A stretch of 64,000 nt of DNA from Neophaeotheca triangularis (lineage: Eukaryota). Each line of letters opens with the position of its first letter. Within the stretch, counting starts at the first letter, position 1. The DNA lies in NCBI GenBank assembly GCA_054600435.1, contig BAAIJX010000008.1:124001-188000 (forward strand), in the 5' to 3' direction. The position numbers and the translations under genes are program-made. Shown here piece after piece: positions 10,601-22,717 of this stretch. The notes beneath the pieces were generated by a model. The model had not been told where the DNA came from. It did not search any database and worked only from the letters and a program-made list of their open reading frames with translations.

Positions 10601-13224
10601 TATAAGTACTCGTTTTCTCTAATCTACTATAGGATTATGTCGTTCTAACTAAGGAGTGCCTAGAACGACGTCATGTCTAGCTATAGGCATAACGTCTAGG
10701 ATAATTCGCTCGTGATGCTTTTAGAAGACAAGTAGTAGCGGTACTGTTTCGCTATCTACGTCGGGTAGTAATAAGCCGTCTACGGCTATTAGTTCGTACC
10801 CGCTATCTATTTTCTTCTAGGTAGCTAGCCTATACTAACGTACGAAGGTTTCCAAGATAAAGTTTCCGCTAGCTCTAGAATCTATTATAGCGAGGGTTTC
10901 GTATCTGTTAACAGTACATGTTGTTCGGAAGACCGTTCCTAATACTATTTCATGTTAAGTATTTGTGTTGTTTAGTTCCTAACGCTCGCTCTTAGCGATA
11001 GGTCCTATTCGTTTTTTGAGAAGTAGGTAGATGAATCCGCTGTTTCGAGAGAGACTTCCTAATAAAGGGGTCCGTCCCGAGGTCTAATCGTAACCTTTCC
11101 TTAGATCGCGTGTACGGTAATAGGTCCTCGTGTAGTTGCTTTAATATGTCCGAGAATCATCTTTCGGTCGACTAGTAGTAAAAACTTGTCGCGCGGTACT
11201 ATAGTCTATTAGTCTAAGGAATACTATGCTTACTTCTTCATTTCTTGTAGCGTGATTTCTTCTTCTCTCCATTACTCCTAGATAAGCTAGAATTCTCTAT
11301 AACGATTCTTAACTATTTTGACTCTTTGTCTTATAGAATGTGGGATCCGTATCCCGTCTAGCGTAATGTAGCCGTTTTCTCCGTGAAAAGTGCTTCCTAT
11401 CGGTAGCCTGTCCTAGATAAAGGTAGCGGCGTTATACTCGACGGCGACCTTTCGGTAGTCCTAGAACATTGCTCGTAGTCGTATAAGTATAGCTTCGAAT
11501 TAGTTAGGTTCTAAGCGTCGTTTGCCTTAGATCATTAGGAACACTTCTTCGTACGATCGTGTAATGTGAATGACCATTTTCTTAATTAGGTTTAGTCCGT
11601 GCATAATGAACTCTACTACGTCGTTGTCGTCTAGTTCGTTATCGTCGGTGTAGTCGTATTCGGAGTCGTCTTTAGAATCTATCACTGTCGTATCCTCTTA
11701 CGATTCTAGAATCTCTAGAGGCATTAATAGTCTTAAAGGGCTAACCTCCGGTATTAGTACGATCGTAGTAAGTTCCGGTGTCTAAGATATATCTTCGTTT
11801 TCTAAGTTAGGTGTCGGTAGTGCTATCGTCGATAATAGTACTTAGTTTTCTTGCAGTTTGTCGTCCTCCTATGCAAATAGAGGTAGGGACCTTCCTCGGG
11901 CTACGTTACCGTCGTCCCTTGACTGCTATAATGGTTAGCGTCTTAACATCATGTTAAGTTCCTTCTAAGGCTTACGTAGTTACTTAGATTCTTCGTCTGC
12001 TATAGCCTTAATCCTATTATTTAGATCTGCTATCTAATCGGCTACTTAGATTATAAGGTTAAAGTGTTCTTTAGTCTACTCCTTATGACTAACTAAGTCG
12101 TCGTGAAACTCCCTAAGCTTCTAGTATTACTCGATTAGCGCGTCCGTTCCGGACTTCGGGGTAACTCGTTTAATAACATTTACTTCCTTCCGAGGTCTAA
12201 TAGGTATTCCGTTAGTTACTAGTCCCTGACTTTTGTGTACTAAATAGTAATCCCTCTTACAAAACCTCTAGTAAAGTTCGTCGTGTTCCGGTTCTTCGTA
12301 GGTTCCGGTAATGTCGTAAGCTCCGTAGCTCTTATCGGTAGGAGAGTCGTTATCCTATCGGGTTAAAATCGCATTGACCTCCTAGCGTAGGCGCATCTAT
12401 TTCCTACGGCAGTCTCGTGTATAGTGCCCTATCTTATAGTAGTTATAGCATTCTAGTCCGTTCCGTTTCTTGCCTAGGGCGTTCTGTTTGCCCCGTCCTC
12501 TATCCCTACCCTTCCTAGGACGTTATTACGTAGAGTCGAGTTCTATCGTATTAGGATCGCGACATTACTAACCGATAGGCCGGCTGCCGGTAGCATAGCT
12601 AGTTCGTCCGCGAAATTGTCTAGTGTAGCGTTTTTCTATAAACCGTTTGTAGAGAGCGTTATTAACCTCGATCGCCGATCTAATTATACCGGGGAGAGTT
12701 GACTAATCGCCTCCGTAGCGTATAAGTTCGTCCTTCACGTTGTCCTTAAGTCCTCGGTAGTATATAGTTATAAGAGCGTTGTCGTCCTAGTCGGTCTTAG
12801 CTAAGTACTCTTAAAACTTAGTAGTGTACTAAGAGGTAGACGTTTTCTACGTGAGGTGCTAAATCATTCGGATAGCAACTTGTCGATCGTTACTCAATCC
12901 GTAGACGTTACGGATAACCTTAACAAAAGACTTCTAGTTCGAGAATAGTCCTTTAGGGTCGATTCGTTCTATAAGGAAATCCGTAAGCTTAGGGCGGATC
13001 TAGTGTTAAGCTTCTCCTCGAAGGAACGAAGTAGTAGTAAGAGGTTACTTCTACTTACTAACGCTTTCTATAAGGAAGAATATCATTATCTAGTTAACCT
13101 AGTCGTCTAGCTTATTACGTTCGCCGTAGAAGTAGTCCGGTTTAGTAACCTTGTTAGTAGTTATAGTTAATACTCCTCATTAGGTGCTAGCGACGCTTGC
13201 GTCTCGGTTATCGGATAGGGACAT
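7560..13224 (-). pseudogene. gag (13224-11005) and -1-frameshifted pol (PR-RT-RNaseH-IN-chromodomain) of gypsy copy 1
   Basis: Reverse complement is co-linear with copy 2 gag-pol; integrase fragment MDFIVKL...ITDRDKLFTS at 8396-8629; many TAA/TAG RIP stops. The pol end is approximate. Confidence 0.93.
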
Positions 13225-13264
13225 ACTTGCCTATTAATCTCTCCTTCCTAGAGGGTATTCAAAG

Positions 13265-13722
13265 TGTTACGATCCTATAAGGTAGTCTCACGGGTAGAGC
13301 TCGTAGCGGAAGAGGAGAGATATCGAAGAAGGCTAGTAAGGGTGTTTCCTTTATCGTAAGGATTTCAAAGATACGTGAAGTGTCGCTATAGACCTTTTAG
13401 TAAGATTATAACATAAGTTAAACACAAATCTCTATCTAGGAAATGTCGCTACCTAAATACAAAGGAGATTCGTGTTAATCATCCTAATTAGTAGTGCTTA
13501 GTTCTATTAAGCGTCGCTAAGCAAAAAGCATGCTTAGTGCTCGAGACTAATCAGTAGTGATTAGTTCAACTAAGCATTACTAAGCAGGAGGCTACTTAGT
13601 TCTTAGCGTGCTTAGTTCTTAGTAAGCTCCGTGTACTTAGCCTCGGAGTCCTACCGTTAGCGTCTTTAGTCTTTATCTAATGATCTCTTCCTTCCTGTCC
13701 TAATCATGTGTTGTCCGTAACA
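13265..13722 (-). repeat. 5' LTR of gypsy copy 1
   Basis: Followed on the minus strand by CTTTGAATACCCTC (PBS position) and the gag ATG at 13224. Confidence 0.97.
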
Positions 13723-14149
13723 CTTAGTTTTAACGCTGTCTAAAGTTCACTTGAAGTGAGTTAGAACAAGTGAGGTAGAATAATAACCTTATAGGTAGAA
13801 CAATAACGACCATTGTTCCTACGCCCTTTATCGCGGCTACATGCGGCGAGGTAAGGTTAAAAGGTAAGGAGAGGTAGAGAGGCGAGGTTAAGGTGTCTTT
13901 ATGTCGCCCGTCTCTTTAGCTGCATATAGCAATTCGGGACCTTAGGAATGTTGTTCTAACTAGGCGACGTTATTGTTCTAGCTAACAAGGATATCGCCGT
14001 CACGCCTAGATTAGGGAACATTAATAGGAAACTCGGTTCACTCGTTAACTTACCGTGCCTTGCTTAGAACAACAATTGATTAGGTTAGAATGAAAATGAA
14101 ACTAAGAGGGTACATTTACAGAGTAAATAGACAAACCCGTATTGTATAC

Positions 14150-15860
14150 CTTCTATCCTAATGTGCCCTTCTACCTATATCCTCTATTAAAGAGTCGGCG
14201 ACTTGTGAAGTAGCTCTACCTCTTCTCTCTACCTCTTCTTTCGTAGAGCTCTTCTGCCTATAGCGGGACTAGAGGGTCTCTTCCGTTTCACGACAGGTAA
14301 TTCGGAGGGAGGGTCTAAAAGATTAGAAGAGTCTACTAGTTAAGAGTCTACTAGTTAAGAGCCTACTAGTTAAGAGTCTACTGGTTAAGAGTCTCTAGAT
14401 AGGGACAACTAGGGTTCGCTACCGGTTCGTGCCTCTATTTACTCGCCTTCGCGTGTAGTGTTAGTAGGGTCGCTATATGTAGTGCTAACACTACCGCTAA
14501 AGTCTAGCGCGGAGATAGCAGTTTTAGTATAGCCACGGCTATTCAATAGTTAGCCGTCCTCTTCGGCTAGTTGTTTAGGTAGTATTCGCCGTACTACTCG
14601 CTTCGCTCGCGGGGTCGGTTTATCGACAAGGTTAATAAACTCCGGTAGCTTTGTCGGATTAATGTCGACGTGTGACTACTCTCTTTAAAACGGCTCCTAC
14701 TTGATAATAGTCTTTGTACTGCTACTAGCCTCTATACTTTAGCGTACTGTTGCCGATTAAGTACCTACCGCCCTCGGTCTCTTTGCCCTTAGAGTCCTTA
14801 GAGTCCTTAGTGCTTTTAGTGTAGGAGGAGCTCGACGAGGGGATACGTGTAGTGGTAGAGCAGCGTGCATATTAATGTCGTCGTCGTCGTCGTCGACGAC
14901 CTACTCCTCTTTAAATTGGACTGCGATAAGGACGGTAATGTGGGTACTCTTCTTCTTCTTCTTAAGGAACGGTATAAGGATCTAGCTAAGGTCCCTAGAG
15001 GCAGTAACGTTCCGACCGTATTTCTCGGGCTTATATGTCGTCTTGTCGAATCTAGAGACTAACAAGGTAGTATAATGGAGTGGATTTGCGGCCTTAGGCC
15101 ACCGTAGATCGTCATCATTGCTTTAATCTATAAGGAAGTCTATAAAGTCCTGACAAGCGAGAGAGAAAGTCTCTTCGGTAAAGCCGAAGGTAATCTTGTT
15201 AACCTTCTCCTCTTCCTCGAACTCCTAACACATCTTGTTACCATTCTTATACCAGATAACCGTCTAGTGGTATATAAGGAGATCGACGGCATAAGAAGGG
15301 CTAGAAGGTACTAGTGTTAGTGCTTAAGACTAATGTTTGTTAGTTAAGCTCTATCGCTATCCTCTAAAACTAAAGCCTATAGCGCCTACATTGCTTCTCC
15401 CTTAGCCATAGAGGGTCGTAGTTCGAACGCCTAACGAGAGCCATATAGTATTAGTAGTACTACTTATAGTAGACTACGGACGAGTAATAAAGGTCTCGTG
15501 TCTAACACCTTACGAAGATCCCCCGTGATCGCTACCTAATCGCTACAGACGAATTAGGCCTAGCACTAGAGCTTACTAGTAGCGTGGCTAGGTTATAGGC
15601 GTACGAGGAACTTCTCGTCATATAGGGGGTTAGGCGCCGCTCCTTTATTCTCCGCTTAGTTAGGGTAGTAGTCGCGCGACAGCCTTAGGTAGTAGAATAG
15701 TCGATTGTCGTGTTAACATTCTCTCGTGACGAGGGTATAGATTAGCAAGAGAGCATATTAGATAGTTGTCGTAGCTCTTAACGACGACTTCATGTTTAAA
15801 TCTAGCTAAGGCGTAGTAAGATAATTTTTGCCATATATCTTGTTCATGTTAGTTAGCCAT
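14150..15860 (-). pseudogene. Transposon accessory gene C of unknown function, RIP-degraded
   Basis: A long frame with only RIP-type stops around 15300-14700 (TVIWYKNGNKMC*EFEEEEKVNKITFGFTEETFSLACQDFIDFL...ILIPFLKKKKKSTHITVLIAVQFKEE*VVDDDDDD). No family recognised; boundaries uncertain. Confidence 0.45.
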
Positions 15861-16521
15861 GATCCTAACAAGCTATGTAAATAGTATAGTATTAGGTAGC
15901 GAATAGCGTAAAGTTAGGGCACATAACCGAGTAAAAACAAAAGAGTTAGAGGAGACAAAAAGTAGATACGATAAACGAGGCGGGGAGGGCCTTAATATAG
16001 AACAGCGCGGCTAGCTGTCCTTTGCGATTAACACGGCGAACCAAATATAGTTGATCGTAGAACGCTAGTTAACCCTATAGCCAATACCGAGGCTCTATAG
16101 AACGTTAATCATGTACGTACTCTACACTAAAAACGTCCTTATACACTATTAGCTGCCTAATAACGCTAGCATTAGCAAATACTTGCTACGCGGCTCCTTA
16201 TACTAGCCAATCTCTTAGGTATAGCTTCTCTAGCTTAGTAAGGATAGGATCGTTACCACTAAGATCGTATATACGGACTTGATCGCAAAGAGCAGTATAT
16301 ACTAAGTAGTGTACTTTCTAACCGTCTGCGGCTACATCGTCGCCTTTAACGCTATCGAAACCGAGCCCTTAAAGCGTTTATTAGTACTAGTCAAAGGTCG
16401 CTTAGGGGAGATATGCGTTAATAGCTTACGTAAATTAGTACAAGACCCTTAACTCGGTTATTCGCCCTATGTTTGTATAGTACTCACAAAAGTCCTCGAG
16501 GCTCTCTACTAAAGGGCGTAG

Positions 16522-17005
16522 TGTTACGAACACTACGCTGCGCCTAGCGTACAATAGGGAATGCTCAGTGGAACCCACGGTCACAGGACAGAGCACATTC
16601 AGGTCACGTGATATGCTTACCTCTGCTTAGTGCTTACCTTTAACTGAGCACTACTAAGCGATAGAGTAGTGCTTACCTCTACTTAGTGCTTACCTTTAAC
16701 TAAGCACTACTAAGCGACAGAGTAATGCTCACCTCTGCTTAGTGCTTACCTTTAACTAAGCACTACGGAGCGACAGATTATAGCGATTAGAGACACGGAT
16801 CTCCTTTGTATTTAGGTAGCGGTATTTCCTAGATAGAGATATGTGTTTAACTCATGTTACAATCTTACTGAAAGGTCTACAGTAACACTTCACGTATCTT
16901 TGAAATCCTTACGATAAAGGAAACACCCTTACTAGCCTTCTTCGATATCTCTCCTCTTCCGCTACGAGCTCTAAACCCGTGAGACTACCTTATAGGATCG
17001 CAACA
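16522..17005 (+). repeat. 5' LTR of gypsy copy 2 (U3 contains 3 x 56-bp tandem repeat, ~16614-16780)
   Basis: Direct repeat of 23311-23794; repeat units start at 16614, 16670 and 16726. Confidence 0.97.
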
Positions 17006-17045
17006 CTTTGAATACCCTCTAGGAAAGAGAGATTAATAGGCAAGT

Positions 17046-19265
17046 ATGTCCCCATCCGATAACCGAGACGTAAGCGTCGCCAGCACTTAACGAGGAGTAT
17101 CGACTATAGTTACTAGCAAGGTTACCAAACCGGACTACTTCTATGGCGAACGCAACAAGCTAGACGACTAGGTTAACCAGATAATGATGTTCTTTCTCAT
17201 AGAAAGCGTTAGTGAGCAGAAGCAACCTCTTACTACTGCTTCGTTCCTTCGAGGAGAAGCTTAATACTAGATCCGCCCTAAGCTTACGGATTTCCTTATA
17301 GAACGAATCGACCCTAAAGGACTGTTCTCGAACTAGAAGTCTTTTGTTAAGGTCATCCGCAACGTCTATGGATTAAGCAACGATCGACAAGTTGCTATCC
17401 GAATAATTTAGTACCTCACGCAGAAAACGTCTGCCTCTTAGTACACTGCTAAATTTCAGGAGCACTTAGCCAAGACTGACTAGGACGACAACGCTCTTAT
17501 AACTATGTACTACCGAGGACTTAAGGACAACGTGAAGGACGAACTTATGCGCCACGGAGGCGATTAGTCAACTCTCCCCGGTATGATCAAATCGGCGATT
17601 AAAGTTGATAACGCTCTCTACGAACGGTTTATGGAAAAACGCCACACTAGACAATTTCGCGGACGAACTAGCTATGCTACCGGCAGCCGGCCTATCGGTC
17701 AGTAACGTCGCGATCCTAATGCGATAGAACTCGACTCCACGCAATAGCGTCCTAGGAAGGGCAGGGATGGAGGACGGGGCAAACAGAACGCCCTAGGCAA
17801 GAAACGGAACGGACCGGAATGCTATAACTGCCACAAGATAGGGCACTATACACGAGACTGCCGTGGGAAACAGATGCGCCCACGACAGGAGGTTAATGCG
17901 ATTTTGACCCGACAGGATAACGACTCTCCTACCGATAAGAGCCGCGGAGCTTACGACATTACCGGAACATACGAAGAACCGGAACACGACGAACTTTACT
18001 AGAGGTTTTGCGAAAGGGATTATTGCTTAGTGCACAAAAGTCAAGGACTAGTAACTAACGGTATATCTACTAAACCTCGGAAGGAAGTGAACGTTATCGA
18101 ACGAGTTACCCCGAAGTCCGGAACGGACGCGCTAATCGAGCAATACTAGAAGCTTAGGGAGTTTCACGACGACTTAGTTAGTCATGAGGAGTAGACTAAA
18201 GAATACTTCAACCTCATGATTTAAGTAGCCGATCAGATGGCAGATCTGAACGACAGGATCAAGGCCATAGCAGACGAAGAATCTAAGTAACTACGTAAGC
18301 CTTAGAAGGAACTCAACATGATGTTAAGACGCTAACCACTATAGCAGTCAAAGGACGACGGCAACGCAGCCCGAGGAAGGTCCCTACCTCTATTTGCATA
18401 GGAGGACGACAAACTGCAAGAAAACTAAGCACCATTAACGACGATGGCACTACCGATACCTGACTTAGAAAACGAAGACATACCTTAGACACCGGAACTC
18501 ACTGCGATCGTACCTACACCGGAGATTAGCCCTTTAAGACTATCTATGCCTCTAGAAATTCCAGAATCGCAAGAAGATACGACAGTGACGGATTCCGAAG
18601 ACGACTCCGAATACGAATACACCGACGACGAAGAACCCGACGACAACGATACCTTAGAGTTCATTGCGGAAGGACCCGCACCAATTAAGAAGATGGTCAC
18701 CCACATCGCACGATCGTATGAAGAAGTGTTCCTAAGGATCTAAGGCAAACGACGCTTAGAACCTAACTAATTCGAAGCTATACTTACGCGATTACGAGCA
18801 ATGTTCTAGGATTACCGAAAGGTCGCCGTCGAGTATGACGCCGCCACCTTTATCTAGGACAGGCTACTAATAGGAAGCACATTCCACGGAGAAAACGGTT
18901 ACATCACACCAGATAGGATACGTATCCTACACACGATGAGACAACGAGTCAAAACAGTCAAGAATCGTTACAGAGAATTCTAGCTTATCTAGGAGCAGTA
19001 GAGAGAAGAAGAAATCACGCTACAAGAAATGAAGAAACAAGCACAGGATTCCTTGGACCAATAGACACTAGTACCACGCGACAAGTTCCTACTACTAGTA
19101 GACCGAAAGATGATTCTCGGACACATTAAAGCAACTACACGAGGACTAATCACAGCACACGCAATCCAAGGAAAAGTCACAATCAGACCTCGGGACGGAC
19201 CCCTTTACTAGGAAGTCTCTCTCGAGACAGCGGATTTATCTACCTACTTCTCAAAAAACGAATAG
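17046..19265 (+). pseudogene. gag of gypsy copy 2 (740 codons, CCHC knuckle, long C-terminal extension)
   Basis: ATG 17046; KPDYFYGERNKLDD(W); CYNCHKIGHYTRDC at ~17820; ends AAA AAC GAA TAG at 19265. Confidence 0.9.
19253..19259 (+). promoter_or_regulatory. -1 ribosomal frameshift slippery site A AAA AAC (also 11011-11017 minus in copy 1)
   Basis: Heptamer just before the gag stop; pol lies in the -1 frame. Confidence 0.8.
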
Positions 19266-22200
19266 GACCTGTCGCTAAGAGCGAGCGTTAGGAACTAAAC
19301 AACACAAATGCTCAACACGAAATAGCATTAGGAACGGTCTTCCGAACAACATGTACTGTCGACAGATACGAAACCTTTACTATGATAGATTCCGGAGCTA
19401 GCGGAAACTTTATCTCGGAAACGTTCGTACGTTAGCATAGGTTAGCTACCCAGAAGAAAACAGATAGCGGGTACGAACTGATAGCCGTAGACGGTTCATC
19501 ACTACCCGACGTGGATAGCGAAACAGTACCGCTACTACTTGTCTTCCAAAAGCATCACGAGCGAATTGTCCTAGACGTTATGCCTATGGCTAGACATGAC
19601 GTCGTTCTGGGCACTCCTTAGTTAGAACGACACAATCCTACAGTGGATTGGAGAAAACGAGTACTCACATTCGACAGGTGTAGTTACGTTACTACAACCT
19701 ACCCTGCGCGCCGGTAGCAATCGACGGCAGATGAGAGAAGGTAGATCAACGAAACGTATCGCTAATCGACCACGATACCAATACGAATTGGATCGGACTC
19801 TATAGGTACCGAACTAGCCTAAACGGACCAAGAAGTGAGAGTTAAGGAAGGAAGTCACGTACCTTCGGATATCCCTAGAGAATTCAGAAAATAGAAGCGC
19901 CTTTTCTAGGAAGAGGAAGGAGCAGCCGCTCTACCTAGACATCAACTATAGGACTACCGAATCGACATTCAGCCCGGTGCGAAGATACTATAGGGGCCAC
20001 TTTACGCGCTATCCGAAAAAGAGCTCGAAGAGCAACGACGATAGCTAGATGAGAAAATGAAGAAAGGATGGATTCGACCCTCCACTTTATTAGCCGCTTC
20101 ACTACCGTTTTTCGTTCCGAAGAAAGGAGGAAAATTACGAATGGTTATCGATTTCAGACGACTCAATGCGATCACTACCAAAAACCGTTATCCACTGCCT
20201 AACATCGACGAGATGAGAGATCGACTCACCGGTTCACACTGGTTCACTAAAATCGATCTCCGAGATGCATTCTATTCAGTTAGAATAGCAAGGGGGGAAG
20301 AGTAGAAAACAGCTTTTCGAACGCGCTACGGACTATACGAATTCCAGGTTATGCCTATAGGACTCACGAATGCCCTAGCAACCTGTTAACAACTCGTTAA
20401 CGACATTCTACGAGACCTACTCGACATCACTGTCATCGCCTACATCGACGACATATTAGTCTTTACGAAAGGATCACGAGAACAGCATACTAAGGACGTA
20501 CACGCAGTATTCGAACGACTCGACAAAGTAGACTTCAGGACAGCACTAGAGAAGTGCGAGTTCTACAAGAAGGAAGTCGACTTTCTAGGCTTTGTGATTA
20601 GCACTACCGGGATCCGAATAGACCCGAAGAAAACTTAATCGATCGAGGAATAGCTAACACCCAAGTCAGTTAAAGACATCTAAGCATTCCTCGGATTAGC
20701 TAACTACAATCGGAAATTCGTAAAGGATTACTTAAGGCTCGCTACGCCTCTAACTAACCTCACGAAGAAGGACATACCATTCGTATAGGGAAAGATTCAA
20801 CAACAATCCTTCGATAAGCTTAAGGAGTTATGCACGACTGCCCCTACGCTTAGGATGTTTGACCCTAAGAGACCTATCCAAATCGAAACCGATGCCTCCG
20901 ATAGAGTAATAGGAGCTTGCCTCACGTAGGAGGTTAAAAGCAAACGACACCCTATCGCTTACTTCTCGAGGAAGATGTTACTAGCAGAACAGAATTACGA
21001 GATCTACGACAAAGAACTACTCGCAATCGTTACAGCATTACGATACTAGAGAGTGTACTGTGAAGGAGCAACCGGACTGACTATTTACTCGGATTACAAG
21101 AACCTACAATACTTTACAACTACTAAGGAACTGTCACGCCGACAATACAGATAGTTAGAGCTACTCGGACAATACAAGTTCGACATAATCTACACTCCCG
21201 GAAAAGATAATGGGCGCGCCGACGCGCTAAGCAGAAGAAGCGACTACATAGAAGGACACCTTCTATAGCAACACCGCATACTGAAGGTTAATAAGGACGG
21301 AAGCCTAAGCGCTAACCCCTAAGAATTTAACTTAGTACTGCGAGTACTTAGGGATAACACTAAGGAATTCCCTGTCGAACATAGGAAGTTCAGGGTTCTA
21401 AACGAGAAGGAACGCTAGTACATCTAGGACTACCACGATAGACCTACTAACGGACATCTAGGAATCGCTAGAACAGTAGAACACATTAGACGCAACTTTA
21501 TGTTCCCCGGAATGAGACAGAAGGTCTTAGAGTACATCAAGAAATGTACGAGCTGCTAACAGAACAAGGCTTTAAGACACGCTAAATATAGAAATCTACA
21601 ATTCTAGGAGCTACCGGATCTACTATAGAACGAGGTTATAATGGATTTTATCGTTAAGCTACCGAGATCTAAAGACCTATCGACAAACAAGGACTACGAC
21701 TCGATTCTAGTCATGGTCGACAGACTCATAAAGTATTCACATTTCGTTCCCTATAACGAGATAATTACTACAGAAGAACTCGGATACCTCGTTCTCGACA
21801 GATTAGTACGATACCACGGCATTCTAACGGTTCTGATTACGGACAGAGACAAGCTCTTCACATCTAACTACTAGAAGACCTTGATATTAGCGATAGGAGT
21901 GAAACACAAGCTCTCGACAGCATTTCACCCCGAAACCGATAGACAGACAGAACGCTCAAACTAATCCCTCGAGGTGTACTTAAGACATTACGTTAACTAC
22001 GCTTAGGACAATTAGGTAGTACTCTTACCTATAGCACAGCTCGCACTTAACAACAATGCCTTAGAAACGACAGGCATAACTCCGTTCTACGTAAACTTCG
22101 GAAAAGATCTAAACACGTTTATAGAACTAAAGCTAGGACCGCTCGCAGAAAGAGCCCTGCAAACGTCTTCGCAGCTACAGGAAGCATATAAATAGGCAAA

Positions 22201-22717
22201 GGACAGAATTACACAGTCGTAACGGCGACTCGAGTCACAAAGACATAAAGACTCTAAAACGGCACCTTAGCTTAAGAAGGGGGATAAGGTATACCTGCTT
22301 ACGAAAAACCTGAAGACAAGGAGACGAACACGAAAACTAGACTATGTCAAAGTCGGACCGTTTCTAGTTAAAGAACAAAGAGGAAAAGTCAACTACCTCC
22401 TCTAACTCCTAAAAGACGCTAGAATCCACCTAGTATTCTATGTTTCCTTGCTCGAACTAGTAGACGCCGAGACACTAATCTAAGACACCTTCCACTACGA
22501 TCTACCTAAGGAAGAAGCCGAGTACGAGGTCGAAAAGATTCTAGATAAGGACGGTTAGAACTACCTCGTAAAGTGGAAAGGGTATCCTATAAGCGAGAAC
22601 ACTTAGGAACCTAAAGACAACCTACTTAACTGCTAGAGGATCCTACGGCAATATCACTAGGAATTAGACCAAGGTCCCAAAACTCGTTAGGTAGGCCGTC
22701 TATCGAAGTCTAAGTAA
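19259..22717 (+). pseudogene. pol of gypsy copy 2: protease, RT, RNase H, integrase, chromodomain
   Basis: MIDSGASGNFIS (protease); [14 protein letters not shown] and YIDDIL (RT); IETDASD (RNase H); MDFIVKLP...TDRDKLF (integrase); EYEVEKIL...YLVKWKGY (chromodomain, ~22520-22630). Confidence 0.95.

Larger units (their letters stand above)
6473..13722 (-). mobile_element. Ty3/gypsy chromovirus LTR retrotransposon, copy 1, full length, RIP-inactivated
   Basis: 458-bp LTRs (6473-6930, 13265-13722) with TGTTA...TAACA ends; 5-bp TSD CTTAG (6468-6472, 13723-13727); polypurine tract at ~6931-6943 on the minus strand; gag-pol relic. Confidence 0.97.
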
